Shown here one piece after another: positions 40,889-55,569 of a stretch of 64,000 bases of DNA. Each line of letters starts with the position of its first letter. Position 1 is the stretch's first letter. The DNA is from the human T2T-CHM13v2.0 reference genome, Homo sapiens: NCBI RefSeq assembly GCF_009914755.1, contig NC_060927.1, one strand, 5' to 3'. Made by a program: the position numbers and the translations under genes. The notes beneath the pieces are model-generated. The model was given only the letters and a program-made list of their open reading frames with translations. It was not told where the DNA came from and did no database searches.

Positions 40889-41719
40889 TTCTCTCAACTA
40901 AAACATCCATTTTAATCAATATTTGGCAAGAAAATATATACCTGTTTCATCTTCACTGGTTATTTCCATAAACTGGAAAGAAGGACTGTCTAAATGGTAG
41001 TTATGTCCCATGAGATGTTTAAGCAAAAGGGAAAATTATACAAAAAAGAATGCCATATTTTGTCTGCGCCACCAGAATGACAATAAAAATTTATCATGCT
41101 AGAAAGTAATGCCGTGGTATCCAAACAGCAGCTGCTGAGATGTTGGTCCATACTGAGGGACCACAGCCTTTGCCTCCATGAATTCAGATGCCATCTTGTC
41201 CTTGGACTCCAAACCAAATGACATTGTTTAGACTGTACCCTAGAACCAGATATCCCTAAGAAGGCAAATTATTTGGAGAGACCTACCAAGGATTCTTATC
41301 TACTTTGGTCAGTGTTACTCAGTTTGACATTGAGTATTGCAGGGCGCTAAACAGAATTTACTTCAAGATGACTAAGGGAGCTCAGGTATTTGAATTCAGA
41401 GGGAAGAGCCACTTTATGGTGGCATCCAAAAACAAAGTAGATTCCTTGATGTAGGCTCACGCAAAATCCAACAAAATAAAAACTGGGAAACACCAGTTAA
41501 AGTATATGAATGGCTTTGATCTAACTAGCAGAAGAAGTAAACTCAGTAAGCATTTGTTATTTTAAAATGCTGAGTCACAGGTTAAAGAATGGTTTAGATA
41601 AACTCATGGTTTGTGGATTCATAATATAACCTTAAGAAAAGATGGTGATACTTAGTATACATTTTGTGGTTGATGTCAACAAGGTTAGTAATATCCTTCT
41701 GTAAAACAGGACTTGTTTC

Positions 41720-41897
41720 TTAGAACTGCAAAAGGACTGAAAGGTCATATAGTTCAATCTCCTAATTTTAGAGAGAGAGAAAACAAAAAGGCCTTTAGAG
41801 GCTAAGACTTGAATAAGATCCCACAGCGAGCTAATGACTCAAACTAGGTGCCAGACCAAGACACCGATTCTCAGTACTAGTACTTTTCTCCAGACCA
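41720..41897 (-). mobile_element. MIR SINE
   Basis: aaaggtcatatagttcaatctcctaattttaga...gacttgaataagatcccacagcgagctaatgac. Confidence 0.65.
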
Positions 41898-42844
41898 GTA
41901 TTTCCCAAATTGTGTACCTCAAATTTCTTGGTTTGATTACACACACACACACAAACACACATACACACACACCCTTATCTATCTATATATTTATATATAT
42001 GTATATCTCCTTTCTTAGTGATTCACAAAGCACATTATCATATTAAAAATTCTGAGTAATCTTTCAGTAAAGAAATCTGTTTAACTTTACTAAGCTCAAC
42101 TTTTCCCAAACTTATTTGACCATGAAGCCCTTTTTGCCACTCAGTAATTAATTAACATCTCATGAAACTAAATCAGGAAATGTCTGCATCAAAACCTCAT
42201 TTGTATTTGTAATTATTCTATTTGGTCCACTGGTTCATTTTTTTCAACCTGGTTAATGCAAGCTAGAAATATGAGCAGCAAATAAAAATAGATTCTTAAA
42301 TAAAACCCCAACAGTTTCATTCATTCAACCAACTCATCACAGTAACAGTGAAATCCCAAGGTTACATGTACATAGACCAGCTGCATGGCACAGAGCCAAC
42401 GGTGATCTCTATATTTTTGCACATTTGCAAATCAGTAAAGCATTGGCCCACTTTTTTCAAAGGCAGATGGCCATAAAATTAGATGTATACCAACTGATTT
42501 AAGAAAATTTTCTTTGACACTTACAGACTTTTTTTGTATAAAACAGAAAGTGAGTATCCCATACAACAGAATTATGTCTGTAGATTTTTGTTGAATCAAG
42601 AGTACACTTAGCTTTAGCGGTGAATCTTTATCTCTAAATAAAATGGAAGGAGATTCAAGCCAATATCTTATAGAGAGTTATAAAAGCTTCATTCTATTTT
42701 AAAACCTATTCATCAGTTTCCGTGGCATTGTCATTTCACCTTTGTGAAATGAGAATATTAGGCTGTCAAACTGGTATGGAAATTCTAAAATTCTTAAGTG
42801 TTTATATAATCTTCTGGCTTAAGAAAACAGATCTGGAAAGGCAT

Positions 42845-42995
42845 CATTTGCGCTTGTCAAATGCGGCAGAGCCTTCTCATGCTACTCATCTCATTCCTCA
42901 TGGCAGAATGATTTCTAGTAGAATCATGCATATGCCAACCAACATTGAGGAGTCATCTGATTTCCCTTGAGATTAGCATATATTTCTCTCTCTCC
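42845..42995 (+). repeat. Probable source copy of the segment duplicated at 40316-40472
   Basis: Direct alignment with one ~13-bp indel. Confidence 0.9.
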
Positions 42996-43025
42996 CTTTC
43001 TCTTTCTCTCTCTTTCTCTCTCTCT

Positions 43026-43068
<43 letters not shown>

Positions 43069-43080
43069 ACACACACACAT
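42985..43080. repeat. (CT)n(CA)n microsatellite
   Basis: Directly visible. Confidence 0.95.
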
Positions 43081-43104
43081 GCGCCTGGAAGGTACTTGAC
43101 AGAC

Positions 43105-43648
43105 TCTAATGATTAATTTTATGTGCCAACTTAACTAGATCAAGGGGTGCCCACATCGCTGGCAAAACATTATTTCTGGGTATGTCTGTGAGGTTGTTTC
43201 TGGAAGACTTTAGCATTTTAATAAGTAGACTGAATAAAGAAGATCCATCCTCTTTGGATGGATGTGTCAGGCATCATCTAATCCATTAAGAGTCTGAATA
43301 TAACAGAAAGGTAGAGAAAGAGCTAATTTTCTCTCTACCCCGCCCCTCCCTTCCTTGAGCTGGGACATCCAACTTCTCTTGCCCTCAGACATCAGTGCCC
43401 CTGGTTCTTGGGCCTTTGGACTCCAAGATTTACACTGGTACCTCCTTTCTTGATTTTCAGGCCTTTCCCTAACCCTCCTGGTTCTCGGTCCTTCAGCCTT
43501 GAACTGGGAGGTAAACTATCAATTCCCCTGGCTCTCAGGCCTTCAGACTTGGAGTACATTACACCATTGGCTTTCCTCGTTCACCAGCTTGTAGATGGCA
43601 TATCATGGGATTTCTCAGCCTCCATAATCTTGTGAGCAAACTTCCATA

Positions 43649-43686
<38 letters not shown>

Positions 43687-43738
43687 TATGTACACATATC
43701 CTATTGATTCTGTTCTCTAGAGAACACTGACTGATACA
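43105..43738 (+). mobile_element. 5' LTR, MLT2B-like, with internal (TG)n
   Basis: attaattttatgtgccaacttaactag...aaaacattatttctgggtatgtctgtgagg; ends agaacactgactgataca. Confidence 0.9.
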
Positions 43739-46700
43739 GACTTTGGTACTGATGGTGGTTCTTAAAGAAACAGAATTTCTTTTCTGTTTTTCTGAATTGA
43801 TTTTGGGGTTCCCAGGATTGGCTCTCTACACTAATTAGATTTTAAAATGCTAATGACTCTCTTTCCAGTAGTGAAAAAAAAAAGGCACTGACAGTCTATG
43901 GCATGATCTGGTTATAGAGATATGCAAAATATCTGCCTTGGATACTCCTATTCAACCACTCATAAGAAGTAAGGAACTGGGTACTCTGTTAACCTTCTCA
44001 GATGGAGGCACAAGACTTATTTTGTGATTGGCTGAATTACAACACAAGCTGAAGTCTCAGCTTCACAGAGTGTCTACTATTGTAGTGAGGATAGTCATTG
44101 GGAATAAATAGGATCCTGTAAGTTGAGATGGGGACATATGGAAAAACACTAATGAAGTTGGGAACATTGAGTCCTAAATTCGGGTAAATCTGCTTTGCCA
44201 GTGGAAGAGGTCTCTTCACCCCCAGAAAAAGCAGCCTCCCCACTGTCCCCCAGTTGTATCAACCTATCTGCCTCCATCTGAGGGGACTGAACCTGCATTG
44301 CCTGAGGAAATGATAATGGCCTCCTGTAAGGCAGTTCCCATTCAAGACAATATCAATTCTCCTCAGGGCCCACTCCTACCACCCCTTTTTGATTCTAGAG
44401 CTATAACTAGACTCAAGTCCCAGCAGACTCATGAGGAGGTATACTACACTCCAAAAGAACTACTTGTGTTTTCTACTTTATACAAGCAGAAATCCAGGGA
44501 ACCCTTATGGGAATGGATATTAAGGGTTTGAGATAATGGTAGAAGGAGCATAAAATTGGATGAGGCTGAGTTCATTGATATAGACCCACCAAGCAGAGAT
44601 TCTGCATTTACTGATACTGCTCAGAGACTAAGAAAGGGCTCTATCTGTCTGGTGGTTGGTTGCCTGAAACATGGTTCAAAAGACAGCCCACCTGCCTAAT
44701 CTCCTCTGCTTTAATGTAGAGGAAGGGATTCAAAGGCTTAGAGAAATTGGAATGTCAGAGTGGATTTGTCATTTAAGACCTAGCTTTTACTAAATTTATT
44801 TTGAGAAATAAATGTGTGAGGGGATCCCTAGCATCCTTGGAGACATCCATGATGGTTCTTCTCTGTAGGCCAGACCCTAGAGTGTGAACTGCAGTCACTC
44901 AATTGGAAAACCTAAATGCAAAGGAAGTAATTGAATCCCGTGTCAGTACTCAACAGCCAGAGGCAAGGTGGCCATAGTTACCACAAAGGACAATGGCAAC
45001 CAGAATAGTCTGATTCTCAGAGAACTATGAGGACAGCTAGTTAATAATGTGTTCCTAGAAGTGAAATAGATAGGAAGCCTACTAAATTCTTACTTGATCT
45101 GTATAAGCAGATAGTGAACAAAAGTCTAACTCATAAAGACAGAGAGTCTCAGCCCTTCAATTAACTCCCAGACTTGAGCTAGTTCGCAGACCTAGAACTC
45201 CTTGAATGAGGAGAGACCGGGTCCCTGCTAAGGAAGAACCCTGGTACACTACCAAAATTTCATACTGTTAATTTTTCTCTCAGCTTTCCCTAAAGGGACC
45301 CATGGCCTCTTAAAAAAGTAACTGTGCATTGAAGAAAAAGAAATAATCAGAACTTTGAATAACTGCTGGACAATGGTTCTGAACTAAAGTTGACCTTTGA
45401 ATGATGTGGAGTCCGAGGTGCTGATCTCTGCACAATTGAAAATCAGCACAAAACTTTTGACTCCCCAAAAGCTTAACTACTAGTGGCCTACTGTTAACCA
45501 GAGGCCTTACCAAAACATAATCAATTAACAAATATTTTGTATGTGATATGTATCATATACTGTATTCTCACAATAAAGCTAGAAAATATGTTATTAAGAA
45601 AAATCAAAAGGAAGAGAAAATATATTTACTATTCATTTAAGTAGGAGTGGCTTATCATAAAGGCCTTCATCCTCATCATCTTCATGTCAAGTAGGCTGAG
45701 CAGGAGGAGGAAGAAGAGCAAGTTGGTATTGCTAACTTAGAGGCAGAGGCAGAAGAGGGAGAGGAGGTAGAAGGGGAGGCAGGAGAGGCTGTCATACTTG
45801 GTGTAACTTTGAGGAAATACATTGTAATTTCTGACATTTTTTGCTTTTTCAACTCTCTAAAAATGTTTCTATATGGCACCAAACCTTCTTTCACTATTTG
45901 TTTTAGGTTCAATGCCCATAAGATTCCATGTCATAAAAGAAATCAAAAGCAATCTTGAATAATCAGAATGCTTCTGCCAGATTGTCTCATATAAATTTGT
46001 TTGTTGGCATTGCTTCTTCTATGTCTTCTTCCTCATTGCCTGGCAGTGATCAAGTCATCTTTTGTTAATTTTTCTGGTGTGTCTATTCATGCTTGAATTT
46101 CTTCAAAATCTATATTTTGAAAGCCTTCTTTACCCATCATCTTTTTGCCTGATCCACAATCTCTTTCATGGTTTCCTTGATTGGCTCTGTTGTAAATCCT
46201 GTAAAGTCATGCACACCTTGACAGTTTTCTCCAGCAGGAATTTATTTCAGGCTTGATGGCTTTTGTGGCTTTTTCTATAAAAATGATTGCATCTTTAATG
46301 GAGTGATCCTTCCAGACTTTAATGATGTTCTCTTTGTCATAAGTTATCTTTCATAGTGTTGACAATTCTTCCATAGAGTAGCATGTGGGATGAACCTTAA
46401 AAGTCTTTATGACACTGTGACCTAGAGACTGACTTAGAGATGTTGTCTTTGGAGGCGAGTAGACCACTTTGACACCTTCATTGTTGAACTCATTGGATTG
46501 TGAGTGGCCAAGAGCATTGTCTAATATCAAAAGAACTTTCAGACTTCAAGGACAAATCATCAATGGAACCAATCCAGAAAAAGAGTTCTTGTTGTCTAGG
46601 TCTTCTTGTTGTACAACCAAAGGCTGACAGCTGGTGTTTACTTTTTCCCTTTAAGGCTTGAGGGTTAGTGGCTTTCTAGATAAGGTAGTCTTGATTATAA

Positions 46701-47122
46701 ACTCCACTTCATTTACACAAAACAGTAGAGTTAGCCTATTCCTCCTTGCCTTAAATCCTGGTTCTTATCTTTCTTACTAATACATGTCCTTTGTGGCTTT
46801 TTTTTTTCTACAATAGGACTTTTGGTCTGCATTTAAAAGCTGTTCAGGCAGATATCCTTTTCTCTTCAGTGATTTTCGTAATGACTTCTGGGAACTTGTC
46901 TGCTGCCTCTTGGTTGGCAGAAGCTGCTTTTTCTGTTATCCTGACTTTTTTTAAAAACCAAACTGTTTCTAAAATTATCAAACCATCCTTTGCTGGCTTA
47001 ATTTCTCCAGCTTTAGTTCCTTCACCTTTGCTTTAAATTGTCATGTAATGACTTTGCTTTTTCTGAAATCATATTAGAGTTCATAGATATGCCTTTCTTG
47101 TAGCAATCCTGCATCCACATAA

Positions 47123-47449
<327 letters not shown>

Positions 47450-48141
47450 GAAAAATGTGCAAGGGTTTTATGCAAGCTGAAGTAGCTGCAGCAAGGGCTT
47501 TATGAATTCTTTCTCTTTTCTTCTCTCTCTCTCTCTTTACAATGGTTCTTACACTTGATTCATTTATCTTGAAATGATGAACAACCACAGCTGCAGAACT
47601 CAATCTATGGTACATATCAAGTAATTACATTTTTCTTGTAATGTTATGACTTTTTTCTGTATCCTAGTAGCACTTCCAGCATCACTACTGGCCCTTTTTT
47701 GAGTCCCATGGTGTTATTCAAGGTTTGCAGTATTGCGCTAAACACAATGAATAACAGGAGAAAACTGTGAGACATCATTTTTTACTGCAATATGCAATTT
47801 ACTGGAGAGATGAACTGCTTATTTGGTGAGGATTAGTATTATATGGTGTTTTAACAAGATACAATACTTGAGCTTGCCACAATAGCAATAGGAGGTGGCT
47901 ACAAAATTATTACAGTAGTACAGTGTATGCTACAGTTAATATTATGCAGTTATAATGTAATACTGCATCTTTATATTTATTTACATTTCTCTCAACTGCT
48001 AGTGGCACCAAGTACTGTGTATCTGTGCATAAGTTTAACTTTTTGTAATAGATCTGTATATATTTTATGGTAGTAAATGATAAAGTATACTAGCATCTAC
48101 ATATATTTTATGAATTCATGACATACTTACATTTTTCTTAA

Positions 48142-48437
48142 TTTTTTTTCTTTTTGAGATGGAGTCTTGCTCTGTTGCCCAGGCTGGAGTGCAGTGGTAC
48201 GATCTTGGCTCACTGCAGCCCAGCCTCCTGGTTTCAAGAGATTTTCCTGCCTCAGCCTCCTGAGTAGCTGGGATTACAGACACATGCCAGCATGCCCAGC
48301 TAATTTTTGTATTTTTAGCAGAGACGGGGTTTCACCACATTGACCAGGCTGGTCTCGAACTCCTGACCTCAAGTGACCCACCCACCTCAGCCTCCCGTAG
48401 TGCTGGGATTACAGTCTTCAGCCACCATGCTCAGGCT
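48142..48437 (-). mobile_element. AluS-like SINE inside Tigger2
   Basis: Complete dimer flanked by a degenerate attt..ttaattttt duplication. Confidence 0.93.
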
Positions 48438-48849
48438 ATTTATTAATTTTTTAAAAATATTTCCAGTCTATGTAGTTCATCTGCAAGTTTTTTTCAAATT
48501 GTTGCAAAAACATTTTTAATGCATTTGTTGAAAAAAATCCACATATAGGTGGATTTGTGTAGTTCAAATTCATATTATTCAAGGGTCAACTGTATATTGA
48601 TTCTGGGAGACCCATAATGTCAGTCCAGTCAGAGCAGGTAGAGGCTTACAGAGGTCAGGTGATCAATGTAGTTTCAGCTTAAATCTGTCTCACAGTGGAT
48701 TTGGTGGGTCCCAGAACCCATCCTGTGGTTATTTCTTCAAATCCAGACTGCATAATTGGAACAAACATACTTAGCCGCTGGTAGAGTCCCCAGATTGGTT
48801 TTCTTACCTATTATGGGGCGAAAGGCCAAAGAGAAGCCATTAGAACTGT

Positions 48850-51720
48850 TTCTACCTAGGAAAATGGTAAATCAAAAGAAATATGGTATTCTTGGGGGAT
48901 TGCAAAGATTAGTGCCACCATTAAAGACTTGAAAGATGCAGGGCTGGTGATTCCCACCACATCCTCCTATAATCCCTCCATTTGACCTGTACAGAAGACA
49001 GTTGACAGATCTTGGAGAATTATTGTCAGCTTAACTACGTGATGATTCCAATTGCAGCTAGTATGCCAGATGTAGTTTCATTGCTAGACCAAAATAACAC
49101 ATCCCCCTTGGTATCTGGTATGCAGCTATTGACATGACAAGTGACTTTTTCTCTATACTTGTCCATAAAGCTCATCAGAAGTAGTTTGGTTTCAGCTGGC
49201 AAGTCAGTAACCCACCTTCTCTTTTCTACCTTGGGAGATTGGGGGTATATCAACTCTCCAGCCCTATGTCATAATATAGTTTGCAGGGATCTTGATTGTC
49301 TTTCCTTTCCACAACATATCACTCTGGTCCACTATATTGATGACATTCTGCTGATTGGACCTAGTGCGTGGGAGGCAGCAACTACTCTAGACTTATTGGT
49401 AAGGCATTTGCATTGTCAGAGGATAGGAAATAAACCTGACTAAAATTCAGCAGCCTTTACCTCTGTTAAATTTCTAGGGATTGAGTGGTATGAGGCATGT
49501 CAAGATATCTCTTCTAAGATGGATAAATTGTTGTACCCAGCCTCATCTACAATAAAAAAAGAGGCACGATGCTTAGTGGGCCTGCTAGGACTTTGGAAGC
49601 AACATATTTCCCATTTTAGTGTGTTACTCTAGTGTACTTCCCAACTGACCTACAAAGCTGCTAGTTTCTAGTGGGGTCTTGAACAAAAAGAAGGTTCTGA
49701 AAGGTCCAGGCTGCTGTGCAAGCAGCTCTGCCTCTTGGGCCATATGCATCCTTATCTTTAAGCACCATTGTTGCTTAAAGTGTCAGTGGTAGATTAGGAT
49801 GCTGTTTGGAGCCTTTAGCAGGCCTCCATAGGTAAACTGCAGATCAGGCCTTCAGGTTTTTGGAACAAGGCCCTCCCATCATCTGCAGATAACTACTCTC
49901 CTTTTGAGTAATAGCTCTTTTCCTGTTACTGGGTCTTAATAGAAACTGAATGGTTAACCATGGGCCACCATGAGTCCAAGGAACCCAAACTACCTTTGAT
50001 GAACTGGGTGTTAGATGACCCACTAAGTCATAAAGTTAGGTATGCACAGCAAAACTGCATTATCAAATGGAAGTGGTGTATATGTGATTGGGCCCAAGTA
50101 GGCCCTGAAGGCACAAGTTAAGTTACATGAGGAAGTGGTCCAAATATTCATGGTCCCCACTCCTGCTACACTGCCTGCACCTGTGTCCTGTACCTATGGC
50201 CTCATGGGGATTTCCCTACAATAAGTTAACAGAGGAAGAGAAAACTTGGGCCTAGTTTATAGATTTCTCTGCATAATACACCGGTGCTATCTGAAAGTGG
50301 ACAACTTCAGCATTACAGCCCCTTTCTGGGACATCCCTGAAAGACGGTGGAGAAGAAAAATGCCCCCCACCCCTGTGGGCAGAACTTCTGGCAGTGCATC
50401 TGGTTGTGTACTTCGCTTGGAAGGAGAAACAGCCAGATGTGTGATTATATATTGATTATATACCGATTCATGGGCTGCAACCACTGGTCGGGCTGGATGA
50501 AACTTGGAAGGAACATAATTGGAAAGCTGGTGATAACAAAATTGGAGGAAGAGGTATGTGAATAGACTTCTCTGAATGGGCAAAGAAAATGTAAAGATAT
50601 TTGTGACTCGTGTGAATGCTCACTAAAGGGTAACCCCAGCAGGATAGGATTTTAACAATCAAGATAGGATGACTCATTCTGTGGATACCAGCCAGCTTCT
50701 TTCCTCAGCCACTCCTGTCATCACCCAATGGGCTCATGAAGAAAGTGGCCATGTTGGTTGCGATGGAAGCTATGCATGGGCTCAGCCACACAGACTTCCA
50801 CTGACCAAGGTGGATCTGGTTACAGCCACCATTGAGTGCTCAATCTGCCAGCAGCTGAGACTCTGATATGGTACAATTTCCCAGCGTGATCAGCCAGATA
50901 CCTGGTGGCAGGCTGATTACATTGAACTGCTTATATACTGTGGAAAGGACAGCATTGTGTCCTTATTAAAATAAACACTCTGGATACAGATTTTTCCTTC
51001 CCTGCATGCAATGCTTCTGTGAACACTACCATCCCTGGACTTACAGAATAACTTATCATCATGGTATTCTTCATATCATTGCTTTTGACCAAAGAACTCA
51101 CTTCAAAGCCAAAGAAGGGCAGCAATAGCACTTGTGCTCATAGGATTCACTGATCTTGCTGGAGTAGCTGGCTTGGTAGAACAGTGGAATGGCCTTTTGA
51201 AGACTCCATGCCAGCTAGGTGGCAATACCTTGTAGGGCTAGGGGAAGGTTCTCCAAAAGTCTGGGTATGCTCTGAATCAGTCTCCAATATATGGTGCTGT
51301 TTCTCCAATAGCTAAGATACATGAGTCCAGGAATCAAAGGATGGAAAAGGAAATGACACCGCTTACTATTACCCCTAATGGTCCACTAGCAAAACGTTTG
51401 CTTCCTGTCCCATGACTTTATCCTCTGCTGGCCTAGAGGTCTTAGTTCTAGAGAGAGGAATGCTTCTACCAGGAGACACAACAATTCTATTGAACTAAAA
51501 CTTAAGACTGCCACGCAGCAACTTTGGGCTTCTCATGCCTCTGAGTCAACAGGCCAAGAAGGGAGTTACAGTGCTGCCTGGGGTGATTACTCTGGGATAC
51601 CAAGGAAAAATTGACTACCACTGCACAATGGAGGTAAAGAAGAGTATGTCTGGAATACAGGTAATACCTTAGGGCATCTCTTAATATTACCCCACCCTGT
51701 GATTAAGGTCAATGAAAAAT
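48850..51720 (+). pseudogene. ERVL pol (RT, RNase H, integrase) and dUTPase, multiply disrupted
   Basis: ORF 49141..49443 (QG-like YINSPALCHN, HYIDD) and ORF 50669..50866 (integrase zinc finger); many stops and frameshifts. Confidence 0.88.
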
Positions 51721-52287
51721 ACAGCAACCCAATCCAGGGGGAACCCTTCAAGAACAAAAGTTTGGATCACCCCAACAGATAAAGGACCATAGCCAGATAA
51801 GGTTCTTGCTGAAGGCAAAGAATATACAGAATGAGTAGAAGAAGGAAGTTATAAATACTAGCTGTGACCACAGGACAAGTTGAAGAAATAAGGATTATAA
51901 TCGTCATAATTATTTTCCTCTTATTTTGTTATGAATGCATTTCTGTATATATGTGTATATCTATATATACATATTTAAGCAAATATCTTTGCTTTATTTC
52001 TTCTCTTATTCCCTAATTATGTAACATAAGATGTATTCACTTTATATCAGCATTTAAATATTGCAAATTTTACATCATATTACTTAAATTACAGGATATC
52101 AAGAGAAGAGTAAACATCATTCAAAGACTTTACTACCTCTTCTGGGGAAGGGATTAATGAATTTTTAGCTATACATAGGATAGTTGTATTTGTTAGGTAG
52201 AATTATAACCTCATCGTTGTGTTTATTTTGAGATCAAATATGGTTTAAGGAGATGCTTAAGGATACCAAGTCGACAAGGGATGGACT

Positions 52288-52822
52288 TGTGATGTTTAAT
52301 TTTATGTGTCAACTTGACTGGGCTAATGGATGTCCATATAGCTAGTAGAATATGATTTCTAGGTATATCCATGAGGGTGTCTCCAGAAGACATTAGCATT
52401 TAATTCAGTGGACCGAATAAAGAAGATTCACCCTCATCAGTGTGGGTAGGCATCTTCCAATCATTGTGGGCCTAGATAAAATAAAAAGGTGGAGCAAAGG
52501 TGAATTGTCTTTTTCTCTGAGCTAGGACATACATCTTCCTCCTACTTTCAGATATCAGAGTTCCTGATTCTCAGACCTTCTTCCACCCACACTCTCAGTT
52601 CTCAGGCCTTTGACCTCAGACTGGGAGTTACGTCACCAGCTACACTAGAGTCAGGTCTTTGAACTCAGACAGAATTACGCTACTGACTTCCCTGGTTCTC
52701 CAGCCTGAAAATGGCATGTCATGAGATTTCACAGCCACCACAATCTCATGAGCCAAATCCCATAATAAATCTCCTCATATGTATCTATATATATCCTATT
52801 TGTTTTTTCCCTAACTAATATA
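52288..52822 (+). mobile_element. 3' LTR, MLT2B-like
   Basis: Preceded by PPT-like gacaagggatggact; starts tgtgatgtttaattttatgtgtcaacttgactgggctaa. Confidence 0.9.
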
Positions 52823-53752
52823 CAGCCCCTTGGGCTTAAAATGTATTAGGACATTTTAATGAACTAGTGTGTTAAAATCTACTAGTAAATTAGTACCTTT
52901 AGTAATTTTAGGAGCCTTAAATGCCAGCCTAGGCAAGATTCTGCCCAAGCTTCCTCTGTTAGCAATCTGTATTCATTTTAATTCCCCATAGTTCATTCCT
53001 CTTGAGAGAACTGCTAAGTTAAATAGAAAAGTACCTAAACTCGTGTGATTATTGAAGTCTAATACTGCCAAATTGCACCCCATGGGATAATTTAAGAGGA
53101 AATTACATTTTTATCTCCAATCAATGGACCAATGTTATGGCTTATTTTATAACAACAATTCTTTTGCCTTTGCTTATCTTTTGAGTCGATATTTTTAGAC
53201 TGAGGTGGAAAAGACTGTTTGCTGTAATCTTACCCTTAATATTGCTTTTTTTATGTTTCCATACATATAATTTGTGCTGTGAGAATTAGAGGATAATAAG
53301 TTTATTAGTAGGCAGTAATTTTCTCTACAGTTTCATAAGAAATGTTTTGAGTTTCAAAGGATTTATAGAATTTACAGCAATTGTCTTTGAGGAGTGAATT
53401 CCCTCTGTCTGCTTCATAGAATAGCTGAGATCAACCTTGATTGCCTTTTAAGTCGAGTAAATTGGAGGACAGGCTGCCCAGTATCTTAGTTCTTCTAAGA
53501 CTGCTTGCAAACCAGAAAGTGTGAACAGTGTGATGACGAATGCTCTTAAGACCAGGTAAAAGTGAAGTTCTTCAAACTAATTTATTCTTTTGGAACTAAT
53601 AAATTAGAATATTTCTCAATAGAGGCGTTGAGTTTAACCATGTCTAAATAATGAATACAAGTTTGGTAATATTTTTACTGTTTTCTGCTATAAAAGACAG
53701 TTATAAAAGTACTAATTTCTATTGCAACTGTGAGAGGTATATTATTTGATTC

Positions 53753-54191
<439 letters not shown>

Positions 54192-54412
54192 TTCTATTTC
54201 ACTCTTACTAAGCAGCTAAAATCTACTCTTTCTAACTCACTCTCTGCTTCATGTCCCTTTTCTCTACAATTTCTTAATGTTGGATAATGCCGGGACTCAA
54301 TTGTCAAACATTATGAGCTGCTTCTCTGTCTACACTTACTCCTTTGGTTAGCTCATTGGGGCATCAAATGCTATCTTTATACTAGTAGCTCCCAAATTTA
54401 TAGTTTCAGTTC

Positions 54413-54708
54413 AGTCTTCACTCCAAAATTCCAAACTCTTATATCCAAATTCCTAGTCAACAGGTCTACCTGTATTTCTAATAAAAATCTAAAACTTACC
54501 ATGTACAAGACTGAGTTAATATTTTTGAGGATATTCCTACATTTTTAAATACCTGATATTCTTCCTACTGGTATTCTGTATCCATTATAAAATTACATCT
54601 CCATTTTAAGAAAGACCTCACTCTGAAATTCCAAACTCTTAGTCAGCAGTTCTACTTGTATTTCTATAATGATAAAAATCTAATATTTACCATGCCCAAG
54701 ACTTAATT
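54413..54708 (+). repeat. ~100-bp tandem duplication separated by a ~92-bp templated filler
   Basis: 54413-54517 matches 54613-54708 (aaattccaaactctta...tctac.tgtatttcta...ttaccatg). Confidence 0.88.
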
Positions 54709-54894
54709 CTTGCAAAAGCTGCTTGACCTAAGCCTTCCTCTTCTCACTTGTTGTCAGCTTTGTTCTTTCAAGTGTCAAAACCTTAAGTCATCCTGGACTC
54801 CTCTCTTTCTCTTACTTTACACCCAATCTAACTTGAAATTGATTTGGCTCTATCATCAAAATTGATCCAGATATCACTATGAACTTATGTTTAT

Positions 54895-55020
54895 TTTAAT
54901 ATATTTAATATATTAAATATATAAAATATATTGTAATATATTAAATATATAAAATTGTAATAATGTAATACAATATATTACTATATATATTACAATATAT
55001 ATATTATGTATATATACACA
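54895..55020. repeat. AT-rich low-complexity tract
   Basis: Directly visible. Confidence 0.9.
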
Positions 55021-55065
55021 CAGAGAGGTGAATACATAAATAAACATAGTTGCATATATGCATAA

Positions 55066-55567
55066 AGTGGTAGGTGGAAGAATGCCCCCTCTCCAAATAT
55101 ATTTGCATCCTCATCTTGGGCAAATGTGAATATATTACTTTATGTGACAAAAGGGACTTTGCAGATGTGATTAAGTTAAGAGCCTTGAGATGGGGAGATT
55201 AACCTGGATTATCTGGGTGGGCCCAACGTAATCACAATGGTCCTTAAAAGAGTCAGAGGAGAAGCGATAACAAAAGCAGAGTGTCAGAATGATGCAATGG
55301 TGATTTGAAGATGCCTCTGATGCTGGCTTTGAAATGGAAGAAAGTGTCTGAGTCAAGGAATGAAATCTTTAAAGGATGGAAAAGGCAAGGAAACAGATTC
55401 TCTCTTAGAGCCTCCAGAAGTAATGCAATCCTGCCAATATCTTGATTTTAGCCCACTGAAATTCATTTCAGATGCTTGACCTCCAGAACTGTAAGCTGAT
55501 AAATTGGTATGGTTTTAAGCCACTAAGTTTGTGGTAATTTGTTACAGAGCATAGGAAACTAACATAC
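55066..55567 (+). mobile_element. MLT1D-like MaLR solo LTR
   Basis: caaaagggactttgcagatgtgattaagttaagagccttgagatggggagatt; ends taggaaactaacatac. Confidence 0.88.
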
Positions 55568-55569
55568 TT

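Noticed and set aside
42906-42965. Possible C/D-box snoRNA (atgatt...ctga)
   Set aside because: The C box is non-canonical, the span is too short, and the D box is absent in the paralogous copy.
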